Shown here: in pieces, positions 47,930 through 58,409 of the stretch
How the letters are laid out: every line of letters begins with the position of its first letter
Numbering within the stretch: position 1 is the stretch's first letter
NCBI GenBank assembly: GCA_964291625.2
Contig: OZ220089.1
Coordinates: 32,001 to 96,000, forward strand
From: Candidatus Latescibacterota bacterium
GTDB lineage: Bacteria > Latescibacterota > UBA2968 > UBA8231
Direction of reading: 5' to 3'
DNA length: 64,000 nucleotides
Translations under genes and position numbers: made by a program
The notes under the pieces: generated by a model
The model's input: only the letters and a program-made list of their open reading frames with translations
What the model was told of the DNA's origin: nothing
Database searches by the model: none

Positions 47930-50149
47930 TCACTTGAGAAGAAGCATCTTCCGCATCTGCACGATCGCCCCGGCCTGCAGCCGGGCGAAGTAGACCCCGC
48001 TGGCCAGGGTCTCGCCCCGCTGATCGCGGCCGTCCCAGCGTGCGGCTCGCCCGCTCGTGCGGTACCAGCCGGCCGGCCGGTAGCCCAGATCGATCTCCCG
48101 CACCCGGGCCCCCCGCACATCGTGGATCGTCAGACGCACCCGCGCCGGCGCTTGGAGCTGGAAGGGGATCCAGGTCTCCAGGTTGAAGGGATTGGGATAG
48201 CTGGCCTGCAGGGCGGTCCGGTCCGGCTGCGCCGGGGGGAGCCCGACCGATGTCGGCCCGGCTATGTGCGGCGACAGGTCCCACAGCAGGATGGTGCCGT
48301 CGCGGTTGCCGGTCGCCAGGGTCGTGCCCTCCGGGGAGAAGGCCAGGGCAATGGCATTGTACATGAAGAGTCCTTTGGGACGGCCACTCTCCGCCGCCCA
48401 GAGTCTGATAGCCTGGGCCCCGCCGGTGCTCACCAGGAGAGCGCCATCGGGCGAGAAGGAGACTTCACGGATGCCTCCGTGACCCGGTTCCCCATGTCCC
48501 TCCAGGACGGCCCGAAGCTCTCCGGTGCCGGTGTCCCACAGCCGGAGAAGGCCATCCCAGCCGCCGCCGGCGAGGGTCCGTCCATCCGGTGAGTAAGCCA
48601 CCGCGTCGACCGAGCCTCCGGTTTCCTCCCGAAGATCCCGGAGCTCTCCAGTGGCGGTATCCCACAGCCGGATTCCGTCGTCATGGCCGCTGGCGAGGGT
48701 TCGGCCATCGGGCGAGAAGGCCAACGCCCGGACCACCTTCGGCCAGGCCTCCAGAGTGGCCTCGAGGCGGCCGTCCTCCACCCTCCGCAGCAGGATCGTG
48801 CCGTGTCCATCGCCGCTGGCCAGGGTCAGGCCGTCCGGTGAGAAGGCCACCGACGTGACCTGGCCTGAGGGCCCGGGAAGGGTGGCCGTGTGCCGGCCGC
48901 TGCCGGGGTCCCACAGACGCACCGTCAGGTCCACGCTGCCGCTGGCCAAGAGCGAGCCATCGGGCGAGAAGGCCACGGTGCTGACCGGCCGCCGGTGACC
49001 GTGGAGGATGGCCCTGAAGCGGCGGCCGTCCACGTCCCACAGGCGGACGGCGTTGTCAGCGCCGGCACTGGCCAGGCTCTTCCCGTCCGGCGAGAAGGCC
49101 ACCGACGCCACGTACCGCATGTGCTCTTCGCCGAAGCTCAGGGAGGCCTGGAGCTGGCCGGCCATGTCCCGCCGGCGGACCGTGTAGCCGGAACCGCTGC
49201 TGACCAGGACGTTGCCGTCGGGTGCAAAGGTGAGGGAGAGGATCCCCCAGCCTTCCATCGGTAACGAGGCCCCGGGCTGGCCGCTGGCCACGTCCCACAG
49301 CCGCACCTCGCCACCGCCGCCGCTGGCCAGGGTCGCCAGGGTCGCCCCGTCCGGCGAGAACGCCAGGTAGTAGACCAGGCTCCGGTGCGGCAAGGTGACC
49401 TTGTGGCGGCCGGAGGCCACATCCCACAGCCGGACCTCACCGTCCCGGGCGCCGCTGGCCAGGAGCGAGCCGTCCGGCGAGAAGGCCACCGAGTAGACCC
49501 AGTCTCCATGCCCCGGCAAGGTGGCCGTGTGGAGGCCGTCCTCGACCGACCACAGCCGCACCGTGCCGTCGCCGCTGCCGCTGGCCAGGCTCGTCCCGTC
49601 CGGCGAGAAAGCCACGGAGACAACGTCCCACAAATGGCCCCCGAGGGTGGCCAGGGGCCGGGCCGAGTCGACGGACCACAGTCGGATCCGCTTGTCCTCT
49701 CCCCCGGTGGTAGCCAAAGTGGCCCCGTCCGGGGAGAAGGCCATGGCGAGAACCCTCCCCCTGTGCTTCTCAGGGGCGTCCCGGTAGCGGCCGCTCTCCA
49801 CGTCCCAGAACCGGACCGAACCGTCCGCGCCTCCGCCAGCCAGGATGGACGCGTCCGGGGAGAAGGCCAGGCTCCTCCGGATGCCGTCCGCGCCACCCTC
49901 CATGCGGGCGACCTCGGCGCCGGTCTCCCCGTCGCGAAGCCAGACGCCGTACCTGCTGCCCGCGGCCAGCCGCTTGCCATCGGCCGAGAGGGCGGACTTC
50001 ACCCATATCTCCCCCCGGCCCAAGCGGGCGATGCTGCCTTCGGGCAGCGGCACGGTCTCGCCGCCCGCGAGGCTGTCCCGCGCCAGCAGCAGGCAGAGCC
50101 CCGCGAGCACAACCCTCAACTCCGGCCTCGGCATTCCGTGTCGACGCAT
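47930..50149 (-). CDS. secreted WD40-repeat protein with FlgD-Ig C-terminal domain
   Basis: Signal peptide; LPEGSIARLGRG; ~13 AFSPDG..LASG..D..VRLWD units; YPNPFNLETWIPF. Confidence 0.92.
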   Translation of the reverse strand: MRRHGMPRPELRVVLAGLCLLLARDSLAGGETVPLPEGSIARLGRGEIWVKSALSADGKRLAAGSRYGVWLRDGETGAEVARMEGGADGIRRSLAFSPDASILAGGGADGSVRFWDVESGRYRDAPEKHRGRVLAMAFSPDGATLATTGGEDKRIRLWSVDSARPLATLGGHLWDVVSVAFSPDGTSLASGSGDGTVRLWSVEDGLHTATLPGHGDWVYSVAFSPDGSLLASGARDGEVRLWDVASGRHKVTLPHRSLVYYLAFSPDGATLATLASGGGGEVRLWDVASGQPGASLPMEGWGILSLTFAPDGNVLVSSGSGYTVRRRDMAGQLQASLSFGEEHMRYVASVAFSPDGKSLASAGADNAVRLWDVDGRRFRAILHGHRRPVSTVAFSPDGSLLASGSVDLTVRLWDPGSGRHTATLPGPSGQVTSVAFSPDGLTLASGDGHGTILLRRVEDGRLEATLEAWPKVVRALAFSPDGRTLASGHDDGIRLWDTATGELRDLREETGGSVDAVAYSPDGRTLAGGGWDGLLRLWDTGTGELRAVLEGHGEPGHGGIREVSFSPDGALLVSTGGAQAIRLWAAESGRPKGLFMYNAIALAFSPEGTTLATGNRDGTILLWDLSPHIAGPTSVGLPPAQPDRTALQASYPNPFNLETWIPFQLQAPARVRLTIHDVRGARVREIDLGYRPAGWYRTSGRAARWDGRDQRGETLASGVYFARLQAGAIVQMRKMLLLK

Positions 50150-50232
50150 GTCGGCCCCTCTCAGAGCGGATCGGACTTCCCCCGCGGGCCAGGAACCCTG
50201 GCGCGGCGGACGCTGACGCTCCGCTGCCACCT

Positions 50233-52461
50233 TCACTTGAGAAGAAGCATCTTCCCCATCTGGACGATCGCCCCCGCCTGCAGCCGGGCGAAGTAGACCC
50301 CGCTGGCCACGGGCTCGCCCCGCTGATCGCGGCCGTCCCAACGGGCGGCCCTCCCGTCGGTGCGGTACCAGCCCGCCGGCCGATGGCCCAGGTCGATCTC
50401 CCGCACCAGGGCCCCCCGCACATCGTGGATCGTCAGGCGCACCCGCGCCGGCGCGTGGAGCTGGAAGGGGATCCAGGTCTCCAGGTTGAAGGGATTGGGA
50501 TAGCTGGCCTGCAGGGCGGTCCGCTTCGGAAGCGGCTGGGAGAGCCCGACCGACGTCGGTCCGTCCAGGTACGGCGACATGTCCCACAGCAGGATGGTGC
50601 CGTCCGAGCCGCTCGCCAGCAGCGCGCCGTCGGGAGAGAAGGCCACCGACAGGACCGGAGTCTCGTCTCCCTGTCGTTCAAGGACGGACCGCAGCTCCCA
50701 GGTATCCGTATCCCACAACCGGACCAGGCTGCCGGCACTGCCGGCCAGGATCCGTCCGTCGGGAGAGAAGGCCAGGGAACGAGAGTCCTCCAGAGAACCC
50801 CGGAGCTCCCAGGTGTCCGTATCCCACAGCCTGATCTGACTGCCGCCAGCGGCGAGGATCCGTCCGTCGGGAGAGAAGGCCACGGGCGTCCTGCCCCGCC
50901 ACGACGAAGGAGATGAGCCCCCTTCCAGGTTCGCCCGGAGGTCTCCGGTCCCAGCGTCCCACAGCAGGACCAGACGACCGCCGCCGCTGGCGAGAGTCCG
51001 GCCATCCGGTGAGAAGGCCAACGACTGCGCGCCGCCGACCGTCTCGCTCCCGCCCAGGATCCCCTTCAACCGGGCATCGGGCACCGAGTACAGGTAGATC
51101 AGCCCGCGCCCGGCGGAGTTGGCCAGGCTTGCGCCGTCCGGCGAGAAGGCCAGGCCTACGACCGCCGCGCCGCCTGGAAGGCGGGCCAGGTGCCGGCCGC
51201 TGCCGACGTCCCACAACCGGACCGCATGGTCGCCGCCTCCACTGGCCAGGAGGGAGCCGTCCGGAGAGAACGCCACCGACAGGGCCCGCCGCCAATGGCC
51301 GTAGAGAACGGTCCGCAGGCGGCGGCCCTCCACATCCCACAAGCGGACGGGATTGTCGCCGCCGGTACTGGCCAGGCTCTTCCCGTCGGGGGAGAAAGCC
51401 AGCGACCCCACGTATCCCATGTGCTCGGTTTCGAGGCCCAGGGTGGCCTCGAGCTGTCCGCTTTCCGCGTCCCACCGGCCGACCGTATGGCCCTGACCGC
51501 CGCTGACGGCGACCCTGCCTTCGGGCGAGAAGGTCACGGAGAGGATCCTGTAGTTCCCCATCGGCAGCGAGGCCCCGGACTGGCCGCTGGCCACGTCCCA
51601 CACCCGCACCTCGCTGCCGCCGCCGCTGACCAGGGTCGCCCCGTCCGGCGAGAAGGCCAGGCGATAGACCCTGGCCCTGTGGCGATGCGGCAGGACCTGG
51701 TGTTTGCCGGCGGCCAGGTCCCACAGCCGGACCTCGCCGTTGCGTCCGCCGCTGGCAAGCATCGAGCCGTCCGGAGAGAAGACCAGGGCCTGGACCCAGG
51801 TCCCGAGACCTTCGAGGGTGCCGGTGTGAAGAGCTTCGTCGACGGACCACAGCCGGATCGTGCCGTCGGCGCTGCCGCTCGCCAGCGTCTCCCCGTCCGG
51901 AGAGAAGGCCACGGAGAGGACGTCCCACAGATGCCCCGCCAGGACCGCCTCGGTCCGGGCGGAGTCCACGGACCACAGCCGGACCCGCCTGTCCTTGCCG
52001 CCCGCCGCCGCCAGGAGCGAACCGTCCGGAGAGAAGGCCAGGGCGACCATCATCTCCCTGTGCCTTCCCAGCAGGCTGTCTTCCAGCAGGCTGTCCTCGT
52101 AGCGACCGCTGGCCAGGTCCCACAGCCGGACCCGGCCGCCCTCGCCCCCGCCGGCCAGGGTCGACCCGTCCGGGGAGAGGGCCAGAATGCGGATCCCCTC
52201 CGCAGTCCCCTGCAGCCGGGCGACGTCGGCGCCGGTCTGCCCGTCCCGGATCCAGACGCCGTACTTGCCGCCCAAGGCCAGCCTCGTGCCGTCGGTCGAG
52301 AAAGCCATGACCTGGATCTCCCCCCGGCCCAGGCGGGCGATTGCGCCTTCGGGCAGCGGCACCGCTTCGCCGCCGGCGAGGCTGTCCCGCGCCGTCAGGA
52401 GGCAGAGCCCGGCGAGGGCCACGGTCGACAGCGGTCTCGGCGTCACCCGCCCCCTACCCAT
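50233..52461 (-). CDS. secreted WD40-repeat protein with FlgD-Ig C-terminal domain (tandem paralog)
   Basis: Same architecture; last ~290 bp nearly identical to 47930-48220. Confidence 0.92.
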   Translation of the reverse strand: MGRGRVTPRPLSTVALAGLCLLTARDSLAGGEAVPLPEGAIARLGRGEIQVMAFSTDGTRLALGGKYGVWIRDGQTGADVARLQGTAEGIRILALSPDGSTLAGGGEGGRVRLWDLASGRYEDSLLEDSLLGRHREMMVALAFSPDGSLLAAAGGKDRRVRLWSVDSARTEAVLAGHLWDVLSVAFSPDGETLASGSADGTIRLWSVDEALHTGTLEGLGTWVQALVFSPDGSMLASGGRNGEVRLWDLAAGKHQVLPHRHRARVYRLAFSPDGATLVSGGGSEVRVWDVASGQSGASLPMGNYRILSVTFSPEGRVAVSGGQGHTVGRWDAESGQLEATLGLETEHMGYVGSLAFSPDGKSLASTGGDNPVRLWDVEGRRLRTVLYGHWRRALSVAFSPDGSLLASGGGDHAVRLWDVGSGRHLARLPGGAAVVGLAFSPDGASLANSAGRGLIYLYSVPDARLKGILGGSETVGGAQSLAFSPDGRTLASGGGRLVLLWDAGTGDLRANLEGGSSPSSWRGRTPVAFSPDGRILAAGGSQIRLWDTDTWELRGSLEDSRSLAFSPDGRILAGSAGSLVRLWDTDTWELRSVLERQGDETPVLSVAFSPDGALLASGSDGTILLWDMSPYLDGPTSVGLSQPLPKRTALQASYPNPFNLETWIPFQLHAPARVRLTIHDVRGALVREIDLGHRPAGWYRTDGRAARWDGRDQRGEPVASGVYFARLQAGAIVQMGKMLLLK

Positions 52462-53830
52462 GCCTCCTCCCCTCCCTCCTCTCCTCCGCCCGCAGACGCC
52501 GGTGCATCCACGCCAGGGCGACGAAGGAGGTGATCAGCCCCGAGGCGGCGAAGGAGAGCCACACCGTCTCGATGCCGAGGTGGAAGACGCGGGTCAGGGT
52601 CCACGCCAGGGGCACCGAGATCAGCAGCACCCGCAGCGAGGTCAGCACCAGGCCGGGCAGGCCGCTGCCCAGCCCCCGGAAGACGCTGCCCGAGACGATG
52701 CCCACGGCGATGAAGGGGAAGGCCCAGGTGAGGACGCGGATGTAGCCGACGGCGACGTCGACGATGACGGGCTCGGTGGTGAAGAGGCCGGCCAGCCGCG
52801 GCGCGAAGATCCAGAACAGGACGCCGATGGCCACGGCGAAGGCGACGCTCCGGGTGAGGGCATAGCGCACGGTGGAGCGGATCAGGTCGACGCGGCCGGC
52901 GCCGAAGAACATGCCGACCACGGTGACCATGCTCGTAGCCAGGGCGATGACGGGGAGGAAGAACACGGCGTCGAGGCGGCCGCCCACGCCGAGACCGGCC
53001 ACGGCGTCGGGGCCGAAGGCGGAGACGATGCGGTTGTAGAACATGCCGCCCGCCGCCATGAGCACCATCGACCCCGACGACGGCAGGCCGACGCGGAGCA
53101 GGCCGGCGGCGGTGGCCGCCCTGGGCCGGAACTCCCGGAAGCGGAACTCGACGTAGCTGCCGCGGCGCACGAAGAGGTGGAGGAGGAAGGCGCAGCAGAC
53201 CAGGGCCTGGCTGACGACGGTGGCCACGGCGGCGCCCCGGATGCCCATGCCGGCGGCGAAGATGAAGACGGGGTCGAGGCCGATGTTCAGCAGCGTGCCG
53301 CCGCCCTGCAGGGCCACGGGGGTGCGCGTGTCCCCCTCGCCGGCGAGGATGGCGTGGAAGGTCCCGTTGAGCAGGACGAGGACGAAGCCGGGGGCCAGGA
53401 TCCCGAAGTAGCGGGTGGCCAGGTGCAGGGGCTCGTCCCGGGCGCCGAGGGCCTGGAAGAGGTCGATCTGGAAGGCGATCGCCGCCGCCGCCGTGCCGAG
53501 GCCGACGGCCAGGGCCAGGAGGATGGCGTGCTCGGCGGCGTGGCCGGCGCCCGGCCTGTCGCCGGCCCCGAGGTGGCGGGCCACGGCGCTCGTCGCTCCG
53601 GCGCCGAGACCGAAGGCGATGCCGGTGGCCAGGAAGACCAGGGGCATGCTGAAGGTCAGGGCCGTCACCGACGCGCCGCCGAGGCGGCCGACGAAGGCCA
53701 TGTCGGTGAGGTTGTAGAGGGTCTGCACGCCGATCCCGGCCAGGATCGGCAGGGCCAGCCGCCAGACCGCCCGGCGCGGGTCGGCCAGGGCCTCGGCGAC
53801 CCGGTCCCCTCCGGCCGGCCGCCGGGTCAC
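52454..53830 (-). CDS. MATE efflux transporter
   Basis: LALP..QTLYNLTDMAFVGRLG, GDTRTP, NIGLDPVFI, GIRGAAVAT. Confidence 0.92.
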   Translation of the reverse strand: MTRRPAGGDRVAEALADPRRAVWRLALPILAGIGVQTLYNLTDMAFVGRLGGASVTALTFSMPLVFLATGIAFGLGAGATSAVARHLGAGDRPGAGHAAEHAILLALAVGLGTAAAAIAFQIDLFQALGARDEPLHLATRYFGILAPGFVLVLLNGTFHAILAGEGDTRTPVALQGGGTLLNIGLDPVFIFAAGMGIRGAAVATVVSQALVCCAFLLHLFVRRGSYVEFRFREFRPRAATAAGLLRVGLPSSGSMVLMAAGGMFYNRIVSAFGPDAVAGLGVGGRLDAVFFLPVIALATSMVTVVGMFFGAGRVDLIRSTVRYALTRSVAFAVAIGVLFWIFAPRLAGLFTTEPVIVDVAVGYIRVLTWAFPFIAVGIVSGSVFRGLGSGLPGLVLTSLRVLLISVPLAWTLTRVFHLGIETVWLSFAASGLITSFVALAWMHRRLRAEERREGRRHG

Positions 53831-53957
53831 GTCCGGGGCCGGGCGCGGCCGCCCGTCAGCCGATCGGCTGGAGCGCCCCCCTCGAGATCCGTCACCGTAC
53901 CTGGGGCCGCGGGTGAGCGCCCGTCACCAGGCCGGCGGCGCCACCGCTCTGCGCCCG

Positions 53958-54575
53958 TCACCGCGCCGACCCCCCGCAGCCCTCGAGGCGGACGTAGCGG
54001 TAGGCCTCCGGGTCCCGCTCCCGGGCGGCGAGGTAGTCGCGGCGGTTGACGGCGTACTCCTCCTTGTCGTGGTGGGAGTCCCACTTGGGCACGAAGTGCA
54101 GCCGCCGGCGCTGGTGGCGCATGCCCAGCTTGCGCAGCACGCTGCCGGAGCGCGGGTTGTGGCTCAGGTGGGAGGCGGCGATCTGCTCCAGGCCCAGCTC
54201 CTCGAAGCCGAAGGCGACGACGGCCCGCCCCGCCTCGGTGGCGTAGCCGCGGCCCCAGTAGCGCCGCCCGAACCAGTAACCCATGCCGGCGCGGGTGTCG
54301 CCTCCGCCGATGGTCACGAAGCCGGCCAGGACCCCGGTCTCCCGCTCCTCCACGGCGAAGCTCAGGGAGCCGGAGGACTCGTAGCCCGGGCCATGACGGG
54401 AGAGCCAGCGCCTCGCCATCTCTTCGGAGTACGGGTACCTCACGGCCACCAGCGTGGAGGCGACCTCCCAGTCCCCCACCAGACCCTTGACCTCGGCGGA
54501 CTCGTCCGGGGAGAAGGGCCGCAGGCGGAGGCGGGGGGTCTGCAGGACGGGGAAGGCGGAGGAGACCTTCCTCAT
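53958..54575 (-). CDS. GNAT N-acetyltransferase (RimJ/RimL-like)
   Basis: LQTPRLRLRP, GYWFGRRYWGRGYATEA, NPRSGSVLRKLGM. Confidence 0.9.
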   Translation of the reverse strand: MRKVSSAFPVLQTPRLRLRPFSPDESAEVKGLVGDWEVASTLVAVRYPYSEEMARRWLSRHGPGYESSGSLSFAVEERETGVLAGFVTIGGGDTRAGMGYWFGRRYWGRGYATEAGRAVVAFGFEELGLEQIAASHLSHNPRSGSVLRKLGMRHQRRRLHFVPKWDSHHDKEEYAVNRRDYLAARERDPEAYRYVRLEGCGGSAR

Positions 54576-55816
54576 GCCGGCCCGAAGAACGACCCCTCGG
54601 CCTGGGCGCGCGCGTAGAGCCGGCCGAACTCCTCGGAGCCGTCGTCCTGCCGCAGCTCGAAGCGATGGCCGCGGATCAGCCCCTCCTGGAAGCCCATCTC
54701 GCGCTCGAGGTTCGGCGGCCCCACCGAGTAGAGGGTGCTCCCCCCGGCGAAGCGGGTCACGCCGAGGACCCGCGGCATGGTGTAAGGCTCGCGGGCGGCC
54801 AGCCGGGTCAGCTCCTCCTCGCGGACCTCGACGCCGAGACCCGGCCGCTCGGGCACCGGCGAGCAGCCCTCGACGACGGGGATGCGCTCGGCCGCCAGGT
54901 CCTCTTCGTAGTTGTCGTCGAGGGTGATGGTGTGGGCCACACGCGGCAGCACCGCCCCGAGGTGGAGGGCGAAGGCGGTGGCCAGGGATCCCCCCGTGAG
55001 CTGGATCACCGAGGGGATGTTGGCCTTGGAGTAGGCGAAGCCGCGGTGCAGGGCGTCGCCGAAGCCGCCGCAGTACTCGCCGATGATGTAGCCGTCGGCG
55101 AGGCCGTGGATCATCTCCTGCAGGCCGCCGAGGGGCGGCACGTGCATGTAGAGGGGGATCTCCGTCTTCTCCCGCAGGCGCCGCCAGCCGTCGATGTCCC
55201 TCAGGTCGAGGGGGTCCTCGATCGAGCCCACGACCCAGGACTTCTCCAGCCGCTTGATGATCGGCAGGACCACTCCCACGGAGCGGTTGTGGTTGAAGTC
55301 GTACTGGATGCGGAAGCGGTCCGGCGCGCTCTGCTCCACCGCCTCGTTCTGCTCGAAGACGTCGTAGTGGTGGCAGGTGTGCATCTTGAACAGGTTGTAG
55401 CCCTGGTCGACGGCGCGGCGGATCTCGCGGCTCAGGACCTCGGGCGGCGCCGGGCGCGTCCAGGCGGCCACGGCCACGCGGTCCCGCACCTTGGTCCCCA
55501 TCAGCTTGTAGGCCGGGATCTCCAGGTGCTTGCCCATGGCGTCGTAGAGGGCCGCCGACAGGCCGAGGCACCACTGGCTGAGGCCGATGTTCAGGTCGTG
55601 GCTGATGAAGTCGAAGGGGTTGCGCCCGATGAAGGGCTCCACGGCGGAGCGGTCCGGCGCGTAGCACCGGTACTCGCCGTACCCGGCGACGCCGTTGTCG
55701 AGGCTGACCTTGAAGACGACGCGCTGGTGGAGCTGCGCCATGGGCGGCAGGTAGTCGGGCAGATGGGGCCGGATCGCCGGTTCGACGCAGAAGACCTCGA
55801 TGTCGTCGATTCTCAT
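54572..55816 (-). CDS. mandelate racemase/enolase-superfamily enzyme
   Basis: GVAGYGE, ALYDAMGK..IPAYKLMG, YDFN, IEDP, PGLGVEV. Confidence 0.88.
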   Translation of the reverse strand: MRIDDIEVFCVEPAIRPHLPDYLPPMAQLHQRVVFKVSLDNGVAGYGEYRCYAPDRSAVEPFIGRNPFDFISHDLNIGLSQWCLGLSAALYDAMGKHLEIPAYKLMGTKVRDRVAVAAWTRPAPPEVLSREIRRAVDQGYNLFKMHTCHHYDVFEQNEAVEQSAPDRFRIQYDFNHNRSVGVVLPIIKRLEKSWVVGSIEDPLDLRDIDGWRRLREKTEIPLYMHVPPLGGLQEMIHGLADGYIIGEYCGGFGDALHRGFAYSKANIPSVIQLTGGSLATAFALHLGAVLPRVAHTITLDDNYEEDLAAERIPVVEGCSPVPERPGLGVEVREEELTRLAAREPYTMPRVLGVTRFAGGSTLYSVGPPNLEREMGFQEGLIRGHRFELRQDDGSEEFGRLYARAQAEGSFFGPA

Positions 55817-55826
55817 GGACTCTCTC

Positions 55827-56246
55827 TCACGGGTTGGGCGGCGAGGTGCAGATCAGGATCACCAGGGTCTCGCGCCCCGTGTTCTCCACCCCGTGCTCGC
55901 ACCAGGGCGGCAGGTAGATGAAGTCGCCCTTGCTCACCTGGCGCTGCGAGTTGGCAAAGGTCATCAGCCCCTCGCCCTCGAGGACGACGTAGGTCTCCTC
56001 CGTCGGGTGCGATCCCGGCTCGAGGACGACGTGGGGCGGAACGTAGAACAGGACCAGGCCCAGGTTGGCGGCCGGCGCCTTGTCGTTGGCCGGGTGCACG
56101 ACGCGCACGCCCACGCCGTGGCACCCGGGGTAGACCACCGGCACGCCGTCGGCGACGGTGACGATCATCGGGTCCGGCGACTCTTCCGGCCGCGGCGGGC
56201 CCGTGGGCGGGCCGTCGTATCCCTTGAACTCGGTGATCTTCGCCAT
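55827..56246 (-). CDS. cupin domain protein
   Basis: SHPTEETYVVLEGEG, GDFIYLPPWCEHGVEN. Confidence 0.85.
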   Translation of the reverse strand: MAKITEFKGYDGPPTGPPRPEESPDPMIVTVADGVPVVYPGCHGVGVRVVHPANDKAPAANLGLVLFYVPPHVVLEPGSHPTEETYVVLEGEGLMTFANSQRQVSKGDFIYLPPWCEHGVENTGRETLVILICTSPPNP

Positions 56247-56381
56247 GCTCTCGTCCTTCTCCTCGGTGGTGGGTTGGGTCCGGCGGCCGGGGAAGGTACG
56301 CAAGGCGCACCCGCCTCGCCGGAGCCGGACGCGGTGACTACATTGCGCCGCTCCCGAACCCGAGACAGGAGACCCGCCGGA

Positions 56382-57212
56382 ATGATGAAGCTTGGCTGCA
56401 TGTCCCTCAGCTACAACCAGGAGTTCAAGGCCGGAGACCTCGACCTGGAGGGATTCATCGACCGCGCCCACGAGCTGCGCCTCGACGGCGTCGACCTGCA
56501 CACCCGCGCCTTCGCCTCCGAGAGCCCCGACTACCTGCGCAACATCCGCATGCAGGCCCTCAAGCGGGGCCTCGCCCTCTCCTACATCGGCGTCAGCTCG
56601 AACTTCGGCGTGCCCGCCGGCGAGCAGCTCGACAAGCAGGTGAGCGACGCCAGGCACTGGATCGACGTGGCCGAGTTCATGGGCATCCCCCTGGTGCGCG
56701 TCTTCGCCGCCTGGATCCCCGAGGGCGAGACCGAGGAGGCCGTGTGGACGCGCATGATCCCGTGCCTGAAGGAGGTCGCCGCCCACGGCCGGGAGAAGGG
56801 CGTGGTCGTGGGCCTGCACAACCACAACCACGGCTGCGTCACCCGCACCGGCCGGGACGTGCGCCGCATCATCGAGGAGGTCGACGACCCGTACTTCTCG
56901 CACATCCTCGACACCGGGCAGTACGTGGGCTCTCCGGGCGCTTCCGGCCAGCGCGGACGGGAGGATCCGTCCCTCGACTTCTACGGCTCCATCGCCGAGA
57001 CCGCCAACCTGGCCGTGCACGTGCGCTGCAAGATCTACCGGATCCAGTCGGGGACCGAGGAGTGGCTCGACTATCCCCGCATCTTCGAGATCCTGCGCGG
57101 CGTCGACTTCAACGGCTGGTGCTCCATCGTCTACGAGGGCCAGGACGTGGAGGCCGAGGCCACGGCGGTGCCGAAGGCGGTCAACTACCTGCGCGGCCTG
57201 ATGAACGCCTGA
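56382..57212 (+). CDS. sugar phosphate isomerase/epimerase (AP2/xylose isomerase-like TIM)
   Basis: GLHNHNH, LDTGQY, HVRCK, SIVYEG. Confidence 0.88.
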   Translation: MMKLGCMSLSYNQEFKAGDLDLEGFIDRAHELRLDGVDLHTRAFASESPDYLRNIRMQALKRGLALSYIGVSSNFGVPAGEQLDKQVSDARHWIDVAEFMGIPLVRVFAAWIPEGETEEAVWTRMIPCLKEVAAHGREKGVVVGLHNHNHGCVTRTGRDVRRIIEEVDDPYFSHILDTGQYVGSPGASGQRGREDPSLDFYGSIAETANLAVHVRCKIYRIQSGTEEWLDYPRIFEILRGVDFNGWCSIVYEGQDVEAEATAVPKAVNYLRGLMNA

Positions 57213-57215
57213 GCC

Positions 57216-58409
57216 TCAGGCGCTCTCCCAGCCGTCGACGAAGCCCTCCAGGGTCAGCTCCCCGGGGAGGCTCTCGAAGCGATAGCTCATCGGCCCGGAC
57301 TGGTACCCGGGCACGTACTCCCTGTCCCCGGGAGCCTTGAGCATGTCGTCGAGGGGCTCGAACCGCCGCCACAGGGCTTCCAGGTCTTCATCGGTGAAGC
57401 GCGGCGCCAGCTCCCGGTCCTGGGTGAAGTCGCCGCCGTAGCCCGGACGCTCGGGGTGGCTGCCGCCGGCCAGCTTGCGGGCCAGCTTCGACAGCAGGAT
57501 GAGGCAGACCTGGCGCATCGACTCCCCGGGGTGCAGACGCTCCACGGCCGCGAGGAAGGCCGGCGCGTCGGCGGCGATGGCCGCCCGGAAGGCGGCCTCC
57601 ATGAGGTCGCACTCGGCCTCGTAGAGCTCGCGGTGCCGGCGCCAGGCCTCCTGGTGGGCGGCGCCGAGGAAGGGGGAGGGATCGCCGCGCCGGTGCAGGC
57701 CGGCCACGTAGGGCAGCAGGTCCCCCCCGAAGCTGCGGTGCCCGAAGTGCACGGTGCGCCGCAGCCTGCGGCTGTAGTCGCTCCCCCAGTGCAGGATCAG
57801 GTTGGTGTAGACGACAGCGTCGCCGGCGGCCAGCTCGACCGGGACGCCGCCCGGCAGCGGCCGCCGCGGTTCCTGGGCCAGGGCCTGGTTCTCGGCCTCG
57901 GTGTTCGGCCGCCGGTGGCTGCCGGGCACCACCCACAGGACGGGATCGTCGTAGAGGGGCAGGTTCCACTGGAGGTACCCGGGTCCGTTGGCCAGCAGGT
58001 CCCGCTGCAGCCCGGCGACCGGCGCCTGGTCGATGGGATGGATGTCCCGGTGCCAGGCGGCCGGACCGTGGTCCCGCGCCGGGTTGCACATCATCATGAA
58101 ACTGGTCGGGGCCGCCTCGGCGCCCATGATCCGGCGGCTCGTCTCCAGGGGCCGGCCGAGGAGCAGCTCCACGGCCGCCGCCGACTCGCCGTCCACGAGC
58201 CCCTCGTAGCCGACGACCCGCGGTTGGGGTGATGTCTCCCAGACGCCGCCCGGCAGGTCCTCCGGGCCCCGCTCGCGGCGCCAGATCCGGCGCTGGCGGT
58301 CGAGAAGGCCCTCGAAGGCGGTGCGAAGGCGGTCCAGCTCCGAAGGCGGGACGGCGTTGCGGACGATGCAGAAGCCGTTCTCCAACAGCTCTGCCCGGAG
58401 ATCGCTCAT
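57216..58409 (-). CDS. PhyH-family dioxygenase
   Basis: ENGFCIVRNAV, WHRD, LWVVPGSH, GDAVVY..ILHWG. Confidence 0.85.
   Translation of the reverse strand: MSDLRAELLENGFCIVRNAVPPSELDRLRTAFEGLLDRQRRIWRRERGPEDLPGGVWETSPQPRVVGYEGLVDGESAAAVELLLGRPLETSRRIMGAEAAPTSFMMMCNPARDHGPAAWHRDIHPIDQAPVAGLQRDLLANGPGYLQWNLPLYDDPVLWVVPGSHRRPNTEAENQALAQEPRRPLPGGVPVELAAGDAVVYTNLILHWGSDYSRRLRRTVHFGHRSFGGDLLPYVAGLHRRGDPSPFLGAAHQEAWRRHRELYEAECDLMEAAFRAAIAADAPAFLAAVERLHPGESMRQVCLILLSKLARKLAGGSHPERPGYGGDFTQDRELAPRFTDEDLEALWRRFEPLDDMLKAPGDREYVPGYQSGPMSYRFESLPGELTLEGFVDGWESA

Noticed and set aside
47930-50523. Near-identical 3' ends of the WD40 genes as a DGR template/variable repeat pair
   Set aside because: Mismatches are mostly synonymous G/C changes rather than adenine-specific, both copies are coding, and no reverse transcriptase is present.
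48250-52200. Regularly spaced GGCGAGAAGGCCA-like repeats as a CRISPR array
   Set aside because: They encode the AFSPDG motif of WD40 blades inside ORFs; no cas genes.
53827-53961. Short bridging ORF with repeated CCGTCACC between the GNAT and MATE genes
   Set aside because: Low-complexity translation and too few repeats to support a call.
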